From NCBI GenBank assembly GCA_963735595.1, contig CAVTLK010000004.1, forward strand, positions 384,001 through 448,000: DNA of 64,000 nt, written 5' to 3'. Of the stretch, positions 41,884 to 51,370 are shown in pieces; the first letter of the stretch is position 1; every line of letters begins with the position of its first letter. Source of the stretch: an uncultured delta proteobacterium (GTDB lineage Bacteria; Desulfobacterota; Zymogenia; Zymogenales; Zymogenaceae). The position numbers and the translations under genes are program-made. Below the pieces are notes generated by a model. The model was not told where the DNA came from. It saw only the letters and a list, made by a program, of their open reading frames with translations, and did not search any database.

Positions 41884-42348
41884 CTATAAATCCAATTCCT
41901 CCACCACGCACTTCGATCCGGGAGCGCACCCCTCGAGCCCCTCGATCGCCCGGATAACCGGCTCCGGCACGGGGGCCTTGGCGTTTGCCCGGTAATCGAA
42001 GGTCACGACTACCGAATCCCCCGTCGCCGCCGCGCCGAGCTTCGGACTCACGACGAGGTATTCCATGGTGAAGTGGGTATTGCCGATGGTGGAGACCCGG
42101 GCGCCGACCGAAAGGGTATCGGGATAGTAGAGGGGTATCCGATAGGTGCAGGAGGTCTTTGCCAGGATCGGCCCAATCCCGATCTGTTTCATGATCTCGA
42201 TCAATCCCGCCTGTTCCAGGTAGCGCATACGCGCCGTCTCGAAATACCGAAAATAGATGATGTTGTTGAGGTGGCCGAGGGCGTCCATCTCGCCCCAGGC
42301 AATGGGGATCGAGACGACGACCGGGTAGTCCTTCAGCTCATTGGTCAT
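41884..42348 (-). CDS. Acyl-CoA thioesterase (4HBT hot-dog fold)
   Basis: WGEMDALGHLNN..YFRYFE.AR. Confidence 0.9.
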   Translation of the reverse strand: MTNELKDYPVVVSIPIAWGEMDALGHLNNIIYFRYFETARMRYLEQAGLIEIMKQIGIGPILAKTSCTYRIPLYYPDTLSVGARVSTIGNTHFTMEYLVVSPKLGAAATGDSVVVTFDYRANAKAPVPEPVIRAIEGLEGCAPGSKCVVEELDL

Positions 42349-42378
42349 GGGCGGCTCCTTTGGCGATGTATCCGTATA

Positions 42379-42939
42379 TCATCGGCCGGTATAGTGGTCA
42401 ATAAAGAGGTATTCCGACAACGCCTTACGGGGCGGGCGCCCCCGCTCCGCCTTGATCTGGTTCTCGCTCAGGTATGGCTTCAGCTCGGTCGTGTGCTTCC
42501 CAACGTTGACCAGCGTAATCAGGGTCGCGTCCGCCGGGATGCCGAGGACCTCCTTTGCCCTGTTCTCGTCGTACCCGGCAATGGGGTGGGCTACGAGGCC
42601 CAGCTCCGTGGCCTGCAGGACTATAAAGGCCACCGCCACGCCTGCGTCAAACAGGAAGTAGTCGCGCCCGGGCATCATGCAGTCGTCCTCTTTTTTAGCA
42701 AACGCCGCGATGATGAGGGACGAGTCCCTGGCCCACCGGTTTCCTTCCGAGAGCGCCGCATGGAGCTTGCCGAGCGCCTCCGGCCCGTAGACGAAGACGA
42801 AGCGCCAGGGCTGGTTGTTGTTGCAGGACGGCGCAAGCCCCGCGGCGCCGGCCAGGTCCTCCACCAACTCTTGTGTGATCGTCACCGGCACGAAGGAACG
42901 GTACGCACGCCTTGTCATGATCGCTTCTTTCACGTCCAT
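42379..42939 (-). CDS. Nitroreductase family protein
   Basis: RRAYRSF, APSCNNNQPWRF, D.G.A...LQATELGL. Confidence 0.9.
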   Translation of the reverse strand: MDVKEAIMTRRAYRSFVPVTITQELVEDLAGAAGLAPSCNNNQPWRFVFVYGPEALGKLHAALSEGNRWARDSSLIIAAFAKKEDDCMMPGRDYFLFDAGVAVAFIVLQATELGLVAHPIAGYDENRAKEVLGIPADATLITLVNVGKHTTELKPYLSENQIKAERGRPPRKALSEYLFIDHYTGR

Positions 42940-43287
42940 GGCACACCTCGCAGTATCGCCGTTACCGCTCTCTAACGGAAACGGGGTATTCTACAATATA
43001 ATTATATCACGAATGACAGATTCCATATATCCTCACCAACCCTATTCAGTCTCGTCCTGCGACGGCGCAGCGCGATGCGCCCATCGGCCCGCGGCTGGGC
43101 GCGGCGTATATAATGGGAAAATTATCTGTTGACAATTCCCTATGGTAAGGGATAAAAATAGGCATCAGTATACTTCTACCCGTATCGGTCGAGAGGCGGG
43201 CGGGCGGGAAATACCGGCCAATCCCCGACAGGGCACGGCCCTCCGACGGGGGACGACGGTTGCCCGCGGCGGCCATGAAACATCGAG

Positions 43288-43806
43288 GTGCCGAACATGA
43301 TACAGAATCACCGGGCGATCATCGCGTGTATCGCAGCCGTTCTCATCGCGATCCCGGTCGCGGCCTGGGCGGAGTCCGCCGAGGACTGGCTGAGGAAGGC
43401 CAAAGAAGAGACCAATCCCGAGCTGCAGGTCGAGTATTTCACGAAAGCCATCCGGCTCAACCCCGAGCTTGCCGAGGCCTACACCGGCCGGGGAACCGCC
43501 AACAGCGACCTGGGCAGGTACGACAAGGCCATCGCGGACTACACGAGCGCGATCGCGCTCAACCCGGATATCGCCCAGACCTATAATAACCGGGGATACG
43601 CGTACGAGATGTTGGGGCGGCACGACAAGGCCATCGCGGACTATACCCGTGCCATACGGATCGAGCCGCACTATGCCAGTGCGTTCAACAACCGGGGGGT
43701 CGCCTACTATAACGCGGGGCTTAAGGACGAGGCGCTGGCAGATTTCGACAAGGCCTGCAAATACGGGAACAAGGAGGGGTGCGAGAACTATTATAAGGTC
43801 AAGTGA
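43288..43806 (+). CDS. Exported tetratricopeptide repeat protein
   Basis: Signal peptide; repeated AIADYT.AI.L.P....YNNRG; the start could be ATG 43297. Confidence 0.85.
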   Translation: MPNMIQNHRAIIACIAAVLIAIPVAAWAESAEDWLRKAKEETNPELQVEYFTKAIRLNPELAEAYTGRGTANSDLGRYDKAIADYTSAIALNPDIAQTYNNRGYAYEMLGRHDKAIADYTRAIRIEPHYASAFNNRGVAYYNAGLKDEALADFDKACKYGNKEGCENYYKVK

Positions 43807-43824
43807 GCCGCCCACCGGATCGGA

Positions 43825-43990
43825 GGGCCGTTCGCGAACGGCCCCTACAAAGGGAGGACGGACACCACATGTGGTGACCCTGCAGGTGCTAAACCGTTAC
43901 GTATTTGTATCCGTAGGGTACGACATGTCATGTCGTTCCCGTCTTGTTTTCACTGTCATTGCGAGGGCGCGCCAGCGCCCGTGGCAATCC
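43825..43990. repeat. Cluster of REP-like palindromes
   Basis: GTAG+GGGCCGTTCGCGAACGGCCC (minus, 43825-43848); GTAG+GGTACGACATGTCATGTCGTTCC (plus, 43913-43940); TGTCATTGCGAG...GTGGCAATCC (43954-43990). Confidence 0.6.
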
Positions 43991-44191
43991 CCTTACTGTC
44001 ACCGGGAATAACACGTAAGGCCCGCCGTTTTCGCCCGCCCGGCGCGTCACAACCCCTCAACCCCCCGGTCTCCCCCCGCCAGATACCATTTGACAAAACC
44101 GTCGTCATCTGGTAAATTTCTAAAATTACCGTTCATCAAAGCGACAAATCCATCGGCTGCGGGAGAGACTCCGCGCACATTGAGGGAAGCC

Positions 44192-45415
44192 ATGACGAAT
44201 GACGCGATCGACGAGACGACCACCAACAACTCGGGGGATAACGGCGAGACCGGCGTTACCGAATCGAAGGCCGCCTCCGAATATCGCCCGGGGCTGGAGG
44301 GGATCATCGCCACGAGGTCGGCCATCTGCCACATCGACGGCGAAAAGGGAAAGCTCTCCTACCGCGGCATCACCATCGAAGAACTGGCCGAGCACAGCAC
44401 GTTCGAGGAGACCGCCTACCTCCTCCTCTACAACCACCTGCCGAGCGACCGGGAGCTCAAGGAATTCTCCACCCTCATCGCGCGGCAGCGGCACCTGCCC
44501 CTCTCCGTGTCCGAGGCGATCAAGAAATTCCCGGTGGGTATGCACCCGATGCTTGCCCTCCAGTCGGCCGTCGCGCTCCTGCAGGGAGAGGACTTCTATG
44601 CCGACGACGTGTCGTCACCGATCCACAACATACGGCGGTCGATCTCGCTCATCGCCAAGTTCCCCACGATCGTGGCGGCGTTTGACCACTGCAGGAACGG
44701 CGAAGACCCGCTGCCGCCGGTTTCCAAATACAACCATGCCGAGAACTTCCTGTTCATGCTCACGGGAGACCCCGCCGACCCCGGCGTGGCCCGGGTGCTG
44801 GACAAGTGCTTTATCCTCATGGCCGAGCACACGATGAACGCCTCCACCTTCACGTCGCGCGTCGTCGGCTCCACGAACGCGAGCATCTACTCGGCGCTGT
44901 CGGCGGCGGTCGGCGCCCTGTCGGGCTCATTACACGGGGGGGCCAACGAGCGGGTCATACGGACGCTCTATTCCATCGGGAGCGCCGATAACGTGCCGAA
45001 GTATGTCGACGAGATGCTGGATTCGGCAAAAAAGATCATGGGGCTGGGCCACCGTATCTATAAGACCACCGATCCCCGGGCCCCCATCCTGAAATCGTAT
45101 ATCCCGGGGCTGTTGGAAAAGGTCGGAGGGGAGGAGTTCAAGGAGCTCTACGAGATCGCCACCGAGCTCGAGGGCGAGGTAGAAAGGAAGCTCTCCCATA
45201 AGAAGGTCTACCCCAACGTCGATTTTTATTCCGCGGTCGTGCTGGAGATTCTGCGCATCCCGATCGACCTGTTTACCCCGGTTTTCGCCATCGCGCGGTC
45301 GGTTGGCTGGGCGGCACACTGGATGGAGCAGGTCGAGGCAAACCGGATCTTCAGGCCGATCCAGGAATATATCGGAGACCTGAACCGGCCGTATGTCCCC
45401 ATCGAAAGAAGATAG
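44192..45415 (+). CDS. Citrate synthase (Si-type; citrate/2-methylcitrate synthase family)
   Basis: GLEGI, L.YRG, AEHTMNAST, LHGGANE, MGLGHRIYK..DPR, PNVDFYS, GWAAH; ATG 44192 inferred. Confidence 0.93.
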   Translation: MTNDAIDETTTNNSGDNGETGVTESKAASEYRPGLEGIIATRSAICHIDGEKGKLSYRGITIEELAEHSTFEETAYLLLYNHLPSDRELKEFSTLIARQRHLPLSVSEAIKKFPVGMHPMLALQSAVALLQGEDFYADDVSSPIHNIRRSISLIAKFPTIVAAFDHCRNGEDPLPPVSKYNHAENFLFMLTGDPADPGVARVLDKCFILMAEHTMNASTFTSRVVGSTNASIYSALSAAVGALSGSLHGGANERVIRTLYSIGSADNVPKYVDEMLDSAKKIMGLGHRIYKTTDPRAPILKSYIPGLLEKVGGEEFKELYEIATELEGEVERKLSHKKVYPNVDFYSAVVLEILRIPIDLFTPVFAIARSVGWAAHWMEQVEANRIFRPIQEYIGDLNRPYVPIERR

Positions 45416-45578
45416 GAGAGCGGGCAGGCGGGTATCCCGCGGATATCGCAATCTTCGCAATCTTCCGCTCGCCGCCACCGCCCCGGAGGAACCGTCCTGT
45501 CCCGGCGCGCCGACACGTAGACGGGACAGGGCGTATTGATTTGACTGTCGTTGCTCCATTTCATAACGAGGACACCCC

Positions 45579-46826
45579 ATGAAGACCTACACCTTCACCA
45601 AATCCTACCAGATGTTCGAAGAGGCCAAGAAGTATGTCCCCGGCGGTATCTACGGGCCGAGGAGCCCGATGTTCCTTACCTTCGGCTCGTACCCCTGCTT
45701 CCTTGAGCGGGGAAAGGGCTGCCATATCTGGGACGTGGACGGCAACGAGTATATCGACTATATGTGCTCGTTCGGCACCAATATCCTGGGGCTGGGGCAT
45801 CCCGGGGTGGAGGCGGCGGCCAAGCGGCAGGAAGACCTCGGCAACTGCTTCACGCTCCCCTCAAGCCGGTGGAACGAGCTGGCAAAGCGGCTGGTGGGGC
45901 TGATCTCCGGCATGGGCTGGACGGTATTTTCCAAGAACGGTTCCGACGTGACTACGTATGCCATCACGGTGGCCCGCCACTTCACCAAGAAGCGGGTCGT
46001 CATCATGGCAAACGGCGTCTATCACGGGTCCCACTTCTGGTGCGTCCATAACGTCAACGGAATCCCCCCGGAATACAAGGCGCACGTCGAGCACTTTGAT
46101 TACAACGACGTCGCGGGGCTCACGGCCCTGTTCGAAAAGCATAAGGACGACGTGGCGGCGGTAATTCTCACGCCCTTCCACCATCCGGCGATGGCCGACC
46201 AGGTGCTGCCGGCAAAGGGCTTCTATGACGCGGTGCGCTCGCTGTGCGATAAGAACGGGTCGCTCCTGATCATGGACGACATCCGGTGCAACTTCCGGCT
46301 CCACCTCAACGGCTCCCACGTCTTTTTCGGGGCCAAGCCGGACCTGGTGACGATGGGAAAGGCGATGGCAAACGGGCATCCGATCGGGGCCTGCCTGGGC
46401 ACCGAGCGGCTCAAGGAAGCGGCGACGGGGGTCTATTTCTCCGGCACGCATTTCTTTGCGGCGGTGCCCATGGCCGCGGCGATGGCGACCATGGACATCA
46501 TCGAGGAAGAGGGGGTCATCGAGAAGGTGGCACAGCTCGGCGTGTCGCTGAGGACGGGACTGCTGGGCCTGGCCAAGGACGCGGGGCTTTCGGTGGTCTA
46601 TACCGGGGCTGACGCGATCCCCTTCATGCGGTTTGACAACGACCCGGTCTTTGACGTGAACCGGCTCTTCTGCGGCGAGGCGGCAAAGCGGGGGATCTTC
46701 TTCCACCCCCACCACAACTGGTTTCTGTCGGCGGCCCACACCGAGGCCGATATCACACATACGCTCGAGGTGTCGCGGGAGGCGTTCAAGGCCGTTTCCG
46801 AGCACCTCGCGGCTAAGAAGGGGTAG
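45579..46826 (+). CDS. Class III PLP aminotransferase (GSA-aminomutase-like but probably not HemL)
   Basis: DVDGNEYID, KNGSD, YHG, MDDIR, GKAMANG; lacks the HemL motifs GGVNSPVR and GTLSGNP. Confidence 0.85.
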   Translation: MKTYTFTKSYQMFEEAKKYVPGGIYGPRSPMFLTFGSYPCFLERGKGCHIWDVDGNEYIDYMCSFGTNILGLGHPGVEAAAKRQEDLGNCFTLPSSRWNELAKRLVGLISGMGWTVFSKNGSDVTTYAITVARHFTKKRVVIMANGVYHGSHFWCVHNVNGIPPEYKAHVEHFDYNDVAGLTALFEKHKDDVAAVILTPFHHPAMADQVLPAKGFYDAVRSLCDKNGSLLIMDDIRCNFRLHLNGSHVFFGAKPDLVTMGKAMANGHPIGACLGTERLKEAATGVYFSGTHFFAAVPMAAAMATMDIIEEEGVIEKVAQLGVSLRTGLLGLAKDAGLSVVYTGADAIPFMRFDNDPVFDVNRLFCGEAAKRGIFFHPHHNWFLSAAHTEADITHTLEVSREAFKAVSEHLAAKKG

Positions 46827-46829
46827 GCC

Positions 46830-47204
46830 GTGTACCTGCACCACTCCGGCATAAAGTCGGCCGATATTGACAAGTCGCTGGACTTCTACACGCGGATCCT
46901 GGGCCTCGAGGTGCTCGAGCGGATAGACCTGGTGGGAAGGCGTTTCTATTTTATCGGCAACGACAAGACCCGTATCGAGATCGAACAATCCAACCCCGGC
47001 GACGAGATGATCAACGTGGATAAGGGGTACGGCCTCTATCACCTGGCCTTTGCCGTGGAGGACCTCGAAGGGCTGGCCGCCCGGCTCAAGGCCGAGTCTG
47101 TCAGGTTCATCATGGAACCGATGCAGCTTCGTGCCGACCGCAAGATCGCCTTCATCGAGGACCCGGACGGGGTCAGGATACAGCTGATCGAGTTCGTGGC
47201 GTAA
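46830..47204 (+). CDS. VOC/glyoxalase family protein
   Basis: HHSGI, FY..ILG, IEI, HLAFAVED, DPDGVRIQL; GTG start 3 nt after the upstream stop. Confidence 0.85.
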   Translation: MYLHHSGIKSADIDKSLDFYTRILGLEVLERIDLVGRRFYFIGNDKTRIEIEQSNPGDEMINVDKGYGLYHLAFAVEDLEGLAARLKAESVRFIMEPMQLRADRKIAFIEDPDGVRIQLIEFVA

Positions 47205-47347
47205 ACCCCCGACCGACCCGACGGGGCGCCCGTCCACGAGGAGGACCGCGGGCAATGTCCTCACACACACCCTATCGCGTCCGAACGTCCGACCGACGGC
47301 AAGCGGGTAATTCCGTAGAAAACCGGGCCGGATTTTATCGTTATATG

Positions 47348-47377
47348 AACCCCTCTCTGTGAGGGGTTTTCTATTTT
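47348..47377 (+). terminator. Terminator-like hairpin before the crotonase gene
   Basis: AACCCCTC-TCTGT-GAGGGGTT followed by TTCTATTTT. Confidence 0.5.
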
Positions 47378-47407
47378 CAGATACCGATTTACCGGGAGGT
47401 AAAGCTC

Positions 47408-48199
47408 ATGGCAGACCTCGTGCGGGTGACCGCGGACGGCGGGATCGCCGTTGTCTTGCTCAACCGGCCGGAGACGTTTAGCGCCTTTGACCTCGATATG
47501 GTGAGGGAAATGGCCGACCGTCTCATCGAGGTCGGGGCGGACGGCGCGGTACGGGGGGTAGTGATCGGCGGGGAAGGGAAGGCCTTCTGTGCCGGCGGCG
47601 ACCTGAAGTATATCCTTGGGTACCCCGGCGGCGTCCACGCCGCCTTTATGACGCTGGCCGCCCATTTCCATCGCGCGGTGCTGGAGATCAGGGGGATGGG
47701 AAAGCCGGTGGCGGCGGCCGTAAACGGGGCCGCCGCGGGCGGAGGGTTCTCTCTGGCGCTGGCGTGCGATTTCCGGGTGATGGCGGCCTCGGCGCTTCTG
47801 ATCCAGGGCTATACGTCGCGCGGCCTTTCCATCGACGGCGGGGGGACGTGGACGCTTCCCCGGATCGTGGGGGCGGCCCGGGCGCTGGAGATCGCCGCCT
47901 TCGACGAGCCGATCGACGCGAAAAGGGCGCTGGCATGGGGGCTTGTTACGAAAGTAGTCGATAACGACACCGCTGTTGCCGAGGCCGTGGCGCTCGTTAA
48001 GAAGATCGCCGCGGGATCGCCCGAATCGTTTACCTGGAGCAAGCGGCTGATCAACGAATCTTTTGATACTCCGCTTGCCGTCCAGCTCGAACGCGAGCGG
48101 GAGGGAATCGCGGCCTGCGGCTCGTCGAAAAACGGGATCGAGGGCCTGCGGTCTTTTGTCGAGAAACGGGCAGCGGTGTACAGTCGTGAACGTAAATAG
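47408..48199 (+). CDS. Enoyl-CoA hydratase/isomerase family (PaaG-like)
   Basis: LNRPE, AFCAGGDL, AAVNGAAAGGGFSLALACD, GLSIDGG (Asp rather than the Glu pair). Confidence 0.88.
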   Translation: MADLVRVTADGGIAVVLLNRPETFSAFDLDMVREMADRLIEVGADGAVRGVVIGGEGKAFCAGGDLKYILGYPGGVHAAFMTLAAHFHRAVLEIRGMGKPVAAAVNGAAAGGGFSLALACDFRVMAASALLIQGYTSRGLSIDGGGTWTLPRIVGAARALEIAAFDEPIDAKRALAWGLVTKVVDNDTAVAEAVALVKKIAAGSPESFTWSKRLINESFDTPLAVQLEREREGIAACGSSKNGIEGLRSFVEKRAAVYSRERK

Positions 48200-48220
48200 C
48201 CGCATCGGATTGTACAGTCT

Positions 48221-48246
48221 GAGCCGCCCATTACGGGCGGCTTTCT
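48221..48246 (+). terminator. Intrinsic terminator
   Basis: AGCCGCCC-ATTAC-GGGCGGCT followed by TTCT. Confidence 0.65.
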
Positions 48247-48655
48247 ATTCTGCCGCAACACCAAGGGACTTAGAACTCCCGTTGCCGCGCAAAAGGGAGG
48301 GCATCAGGTGTTTGGCCTGCACGATTCGCAACCCGTTTCTTCGATCCTGCCAAAATTTAAAAGTGCAGGACTGGCCTTTCTCCGGTCCTAAACAGGCATA
48401 TAGGTGTAAGAACGTTGTATAATGTAACTCCGAATTAATAGGACGCATGCATAAGCGTAAGTCCCTTTCTGATTATGAAAGCGTTTTATTGTTGACAAAC
48501 CTATTACGCTATTATACTAAATAATTATTCGATATTAGTATATTGTATACATATGTATGCTCGATAGGATGTTAATGTATCCATGCTATTTATTAAGAAC
48601 GGACGCATAACAAATCAATGCGTCCTATTTGACCATCAAAAGAGGAAAAACAGCC

Positions 48656-49246
48656 ATGACGGACGAAAAAACAGTAACCAACATAGCGATACGGGCCTCC
48701 TATGATTCCATCCGCGAGATCGTTGGCGAGAAGGCCGGGGACATGATCTTTAAAAGCGTTGGCCTGGAGCAAGTCCTGGAATCTCCTCCGGACTATACCT
48801 TGGACAAGAACTTCACCAACAAGCAGCAGCTCGATATCTATGTCGAAACCGTAAACCTCGTGGGGGCGGTGGGGGCGCAGGGGATCTTACGGCTCATCGG
48901 GTACAAGAATTCAGAGACTTCCATCCTCAAGTTCGGGATACTCGACCACCTCAAGGATCTACCGCAAGACGAGCGGATTGTGAAGTCCTTCGAGTTCCTG
49001 AAGATGGTGATAAACAAGGGCCGGGTGGTCGCGCCCGGCGGCGGATTTCCGGCATTTGACGTCTTCGACTGCCTGATGTGCGTTGACATCACGAGCAGGA
49101 AACCCTACTGTTCGCAGTACGCCGGGGCTCTCCAGTTTCTTACCGACTGGGTATACGGCAAGGGTATCTACCTCGTAAGGGAAACGAAATGCAGGGCGCT
49201 GGGAGACGATACGTGCCTGTTCGAAGTAGAAAAGAGAGAACGGTAA
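48656..49246 (+). CDS. Stand-alone V4R domain protein, paralog 4
   Basis: TNIAIR...SIREIVG, SPPDY, DCLMC...PYC...ETKC.ALGD.TC; ATG after AGAGG. Confidence 0.82.
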   Translation: MTDEKTVTNIAIRASYDSIREIVGEKAGDMIFKSVGLEQVLESPPDYTLDKNFTNKQQLDIYVETVNLVGAVGAQGILRLIGYKNSETSILKFGILDHLKDLPQDERIVKSFEFLKMVINKGRVVAPGGGFPAFDVFDCLMCVDITSRKPYCSQYAGALQFLTDWVYGKGIYLVRETKCRALGDDTCLFEVEKRER

Positions 49247-49378
49247 GAGAGAGAAGTACGGGGTTGACGTCGGCGAATTGTACTATTGATTCCGTATTGC
49301 CGCTATCGGCTGTGCCGGTCTGAAGTAGATGTTCCCGTTACCTGTTAATACGGTAGGATAGTCGGAGCAAAATAAACT

Positions 49379-49406
49379 AAAGGGCCGCCCGTTTTCGGGC
49401 GGCTTT
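49379..49406. terminator. Bidirectional terminator
   Basis: GCCGCCCG-TTTT-CGGGCGGC hairpin with A/T flanks between V4R-4 and tRNA-Glu. Confidence 0.7.
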
Positions 49407-49415
49407 GTGATTTCT

Positions 49416-49493
49416 TGGCGACCCCAAGGGGATTCGAACCCCTGTTGTCGGCGTGAAAAGCCGATGTCCTGGGCCTGACTAGACGATGGGGTC
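49416..49493 (-). tRNA. tRNA-Glu(TTC)
   Basis: GACCCCATCGTCTAG...TCGGCTTTTCACGCCGA...TTCGAATCCCC...GCCA. Confidence 0.96.
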
Positions 49494-49632
49494 GCTGTTT
49501 GTCTCGGTTACCGGCCTATCCCCGCATGTGTGGGGAGCTACCTCGTTAATCCACTACTCTGTAAATGAAGCGTCAACACTTCTCAACCGTTCTGTAATGC
49601 ACCGGCGGTGTTTGATCCCGCCGGTTTTTTTC

Positions 49633-49708
49633 TGGTAGGGCGTACTGGATTCGAACCAGTGACTCTCTGCTTAAAAGGCAGATACTCTACCGACTGAGTT
49701 AACGCCCC
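49633..49708 (-). tRNA. tRNA-Lys(TTT)
   Basis: GGGGCGTTAACTCAG...TCTGCCTTTTAAGCAGA...TTCGAATCC...ACCA. Confidence 0.96.
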
Positions 49709-49883
49709 GTCTTGGTACGAACCTTTAGGTTAAATAGTTCCTGCCCGCTTGTCAAGTCTTTTTTGCCGCCCGCGTCCAATTATTTCTCTGCCCGTGATAC
49801 TCCCACTATGGCCCACTATGGGCTGCCGTCCGGTATCACGTGTATCGGATGTACGCAGGCGGGCTTCCGGCGGAACCCCGGCC

Positions 49884-51227
49884 CTAAAACGTATCCCGTT
49901 TCGAGTGGTCTTCGAACCGCGTGTGTTCGTTGATAAAGGTCAGCCGCGCCGTTCCCGTCGGCCCGTTGCGCTGCTTGCCGATGATGATCTCGGCTATCCC
50001 CTTATCGTCCGAATTGGGATTGTAGACCTCGTCCCGGTAGATGAAGGCGATCACGTCGGCGTCCTGTTCGATGGCCCCGGACTCCCGCAGGTCGGCCAGG
50101 ATCGGCCGCCTGTTTTCCCGGCTCTCCACCGCCCGGGAGAGCTGGGAGAGCGCCACCACCGGGACCTTGAGCTCCTTTGCCATCGCCTTGAGGGAGCGCG
50201 AGATCTCGGATATCTCCAGATCCCGCCGCTCGGCCTTTCCCATGCCGGTCATCAGCTGGAGGTAGTCGACCACCACCAGCCCGATGTTCGCCTCGACCTT
50301 GAGGCGGCGGGCCTTGGCGCGCATCTCCAGGGGGTTGAGGCCGGAGGAATCGTCAATAAATATGCTGGTCTCGAGGAGGTTTCCCGCCGCGCCCGTCAGC
50401 TTTTTCCATTCGTCGGCCCTGATCTTTCCCGTCCTGATGCGGTTGAGCTCGATCCTGGCCTCGGAGGCAAGCATCCGCATGACCAGCTGCTCCTTGCTCA
50501 TCTCCAGCGAGAAGACGGCCACCGGCACCTTGTGCTTGAAGGCGGCGTTGAGCGCGATGTTGAGGGCCAGCGCGGTTTTCCCCATCGAGGGCCGCCCGGC
50601 GATGATGATGAGGTCGGCGGGCTGGAGGCCGGCGGTCATGTCGTCGATATCCTTGAAGCCGGTCGGCACGCCCGTGATGTCCAGATCCTTATTGTATAAG
50701 TGCTGAATTATCTCGACGCTCTCGGTGACGATCTTCTGGATGGGGAAAAACGCCTGCTTGATCTTGTGCTCGGAGATTTCGAAGATCTTACTTTCGGCCT
50801 TCTCCAAAAGCTCGTCCACGTCCCGCTTGGCCTCGTAGCTGTCGGCGATGATTTCGGACGAGGCGGCGATCAGGCCGCGAAGGATGGCCTTTTCCTTGAC
50901 GATCTTGGCGTAGTATTGGATATTGGCGGCGGTGGGGACGTTATCGACCAGGGAGGTGATATATGCGATCCCGCCGGCATCCTCCAGCGTCCCCTTCTTC
51001 CTGAGGGTCTCGGTCAGGGTAATAAAGTCGACCGGCTCGCTTTTGTCGAAGAGATCGATCATCGCCGAGAAGACTTTCCGGTGACCCTCCCGGTAGAAAT
51101 CCTGGGGCATGAGGATATCCAACACCTTTGTGATGGCCCGATCCTCGATAAGGATTCCCCCCAGCACGGACTGCTCGGCATCGAGGCTCTGGGGCGGCAT
51201 CCGTAAAACGGCTTCACCCGATCCCAT
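49884..51227 (-). CDS. dnaB: Replicative DNA helicase
   Basis: PPQS.DAEQSVLG, GRPSMGKT, FSLEM, DYLQL, LSQLSR, DLRESGAIEQDAD, KQRNGPTG; no intein. Confidence 0.97.
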   Translation of the reverse strand: MGSGEAVLRMPPQSLDAEQSVLGGILIEDRAITKVLDILMPQDFYREGHRKVFSAMIDLFDKSEPVDFITLTETLRKKGTLEDAGGIAYITSLVDNVPTAANIQYYAKIVKEKAILRGLIAASSEIIADSYEAKRDVDELLEKAESKIFEISEHKIKQAFFPIQKIVTESVEIIQHLYNKDLDITGVPTGFKDIDDMTAGLQPADLIIIAGRPSMGKTALALNIALNAAFKHKVPVAVFSLEMSKEQLVMRMLASEARIELNRIRTGKIRADEWKKLTGAAGNLLETSIFIDDSSGLNPLEMRAKARRLKVEANIGLVVVDYLQLMTGMGKAERRDLEISEISRSLKAMAKELKVPVVALSQLSRAVESRENRRPILADLRESGAIEQDADVIAFIYRDEVYNPNSDDKGIAEIIIGKQRNGPTGTARLTFINEHTRFEDHSKRDTF

Positions 51228-51370
51228 ATATGCCCCCTTGTTGACTATAGCGATGATTTGACGGGTCGCGGGTGGTGCGGGTACGCGGCCGCCGCGACGT
51301 GGTCCGATGGCCCGATGGAACGGCGGACGGGACAGCGCGAAAAAAACCGAAAACCGGGTCCGGGAACCGC

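Noticed and set aside
45579..46826. hemL annotation
   Set aside because: Lacks GGVNSPVR and GTLSGNP, and no tetrapyrrole genes are adjacent.
33216..49415. Prophage or integrative island at the tRNA clusters
   Set aside because: No integrase, transposase or phage genes, and I found no duplicated tRNA 3' end; the content includes ordinary metabolic genes.
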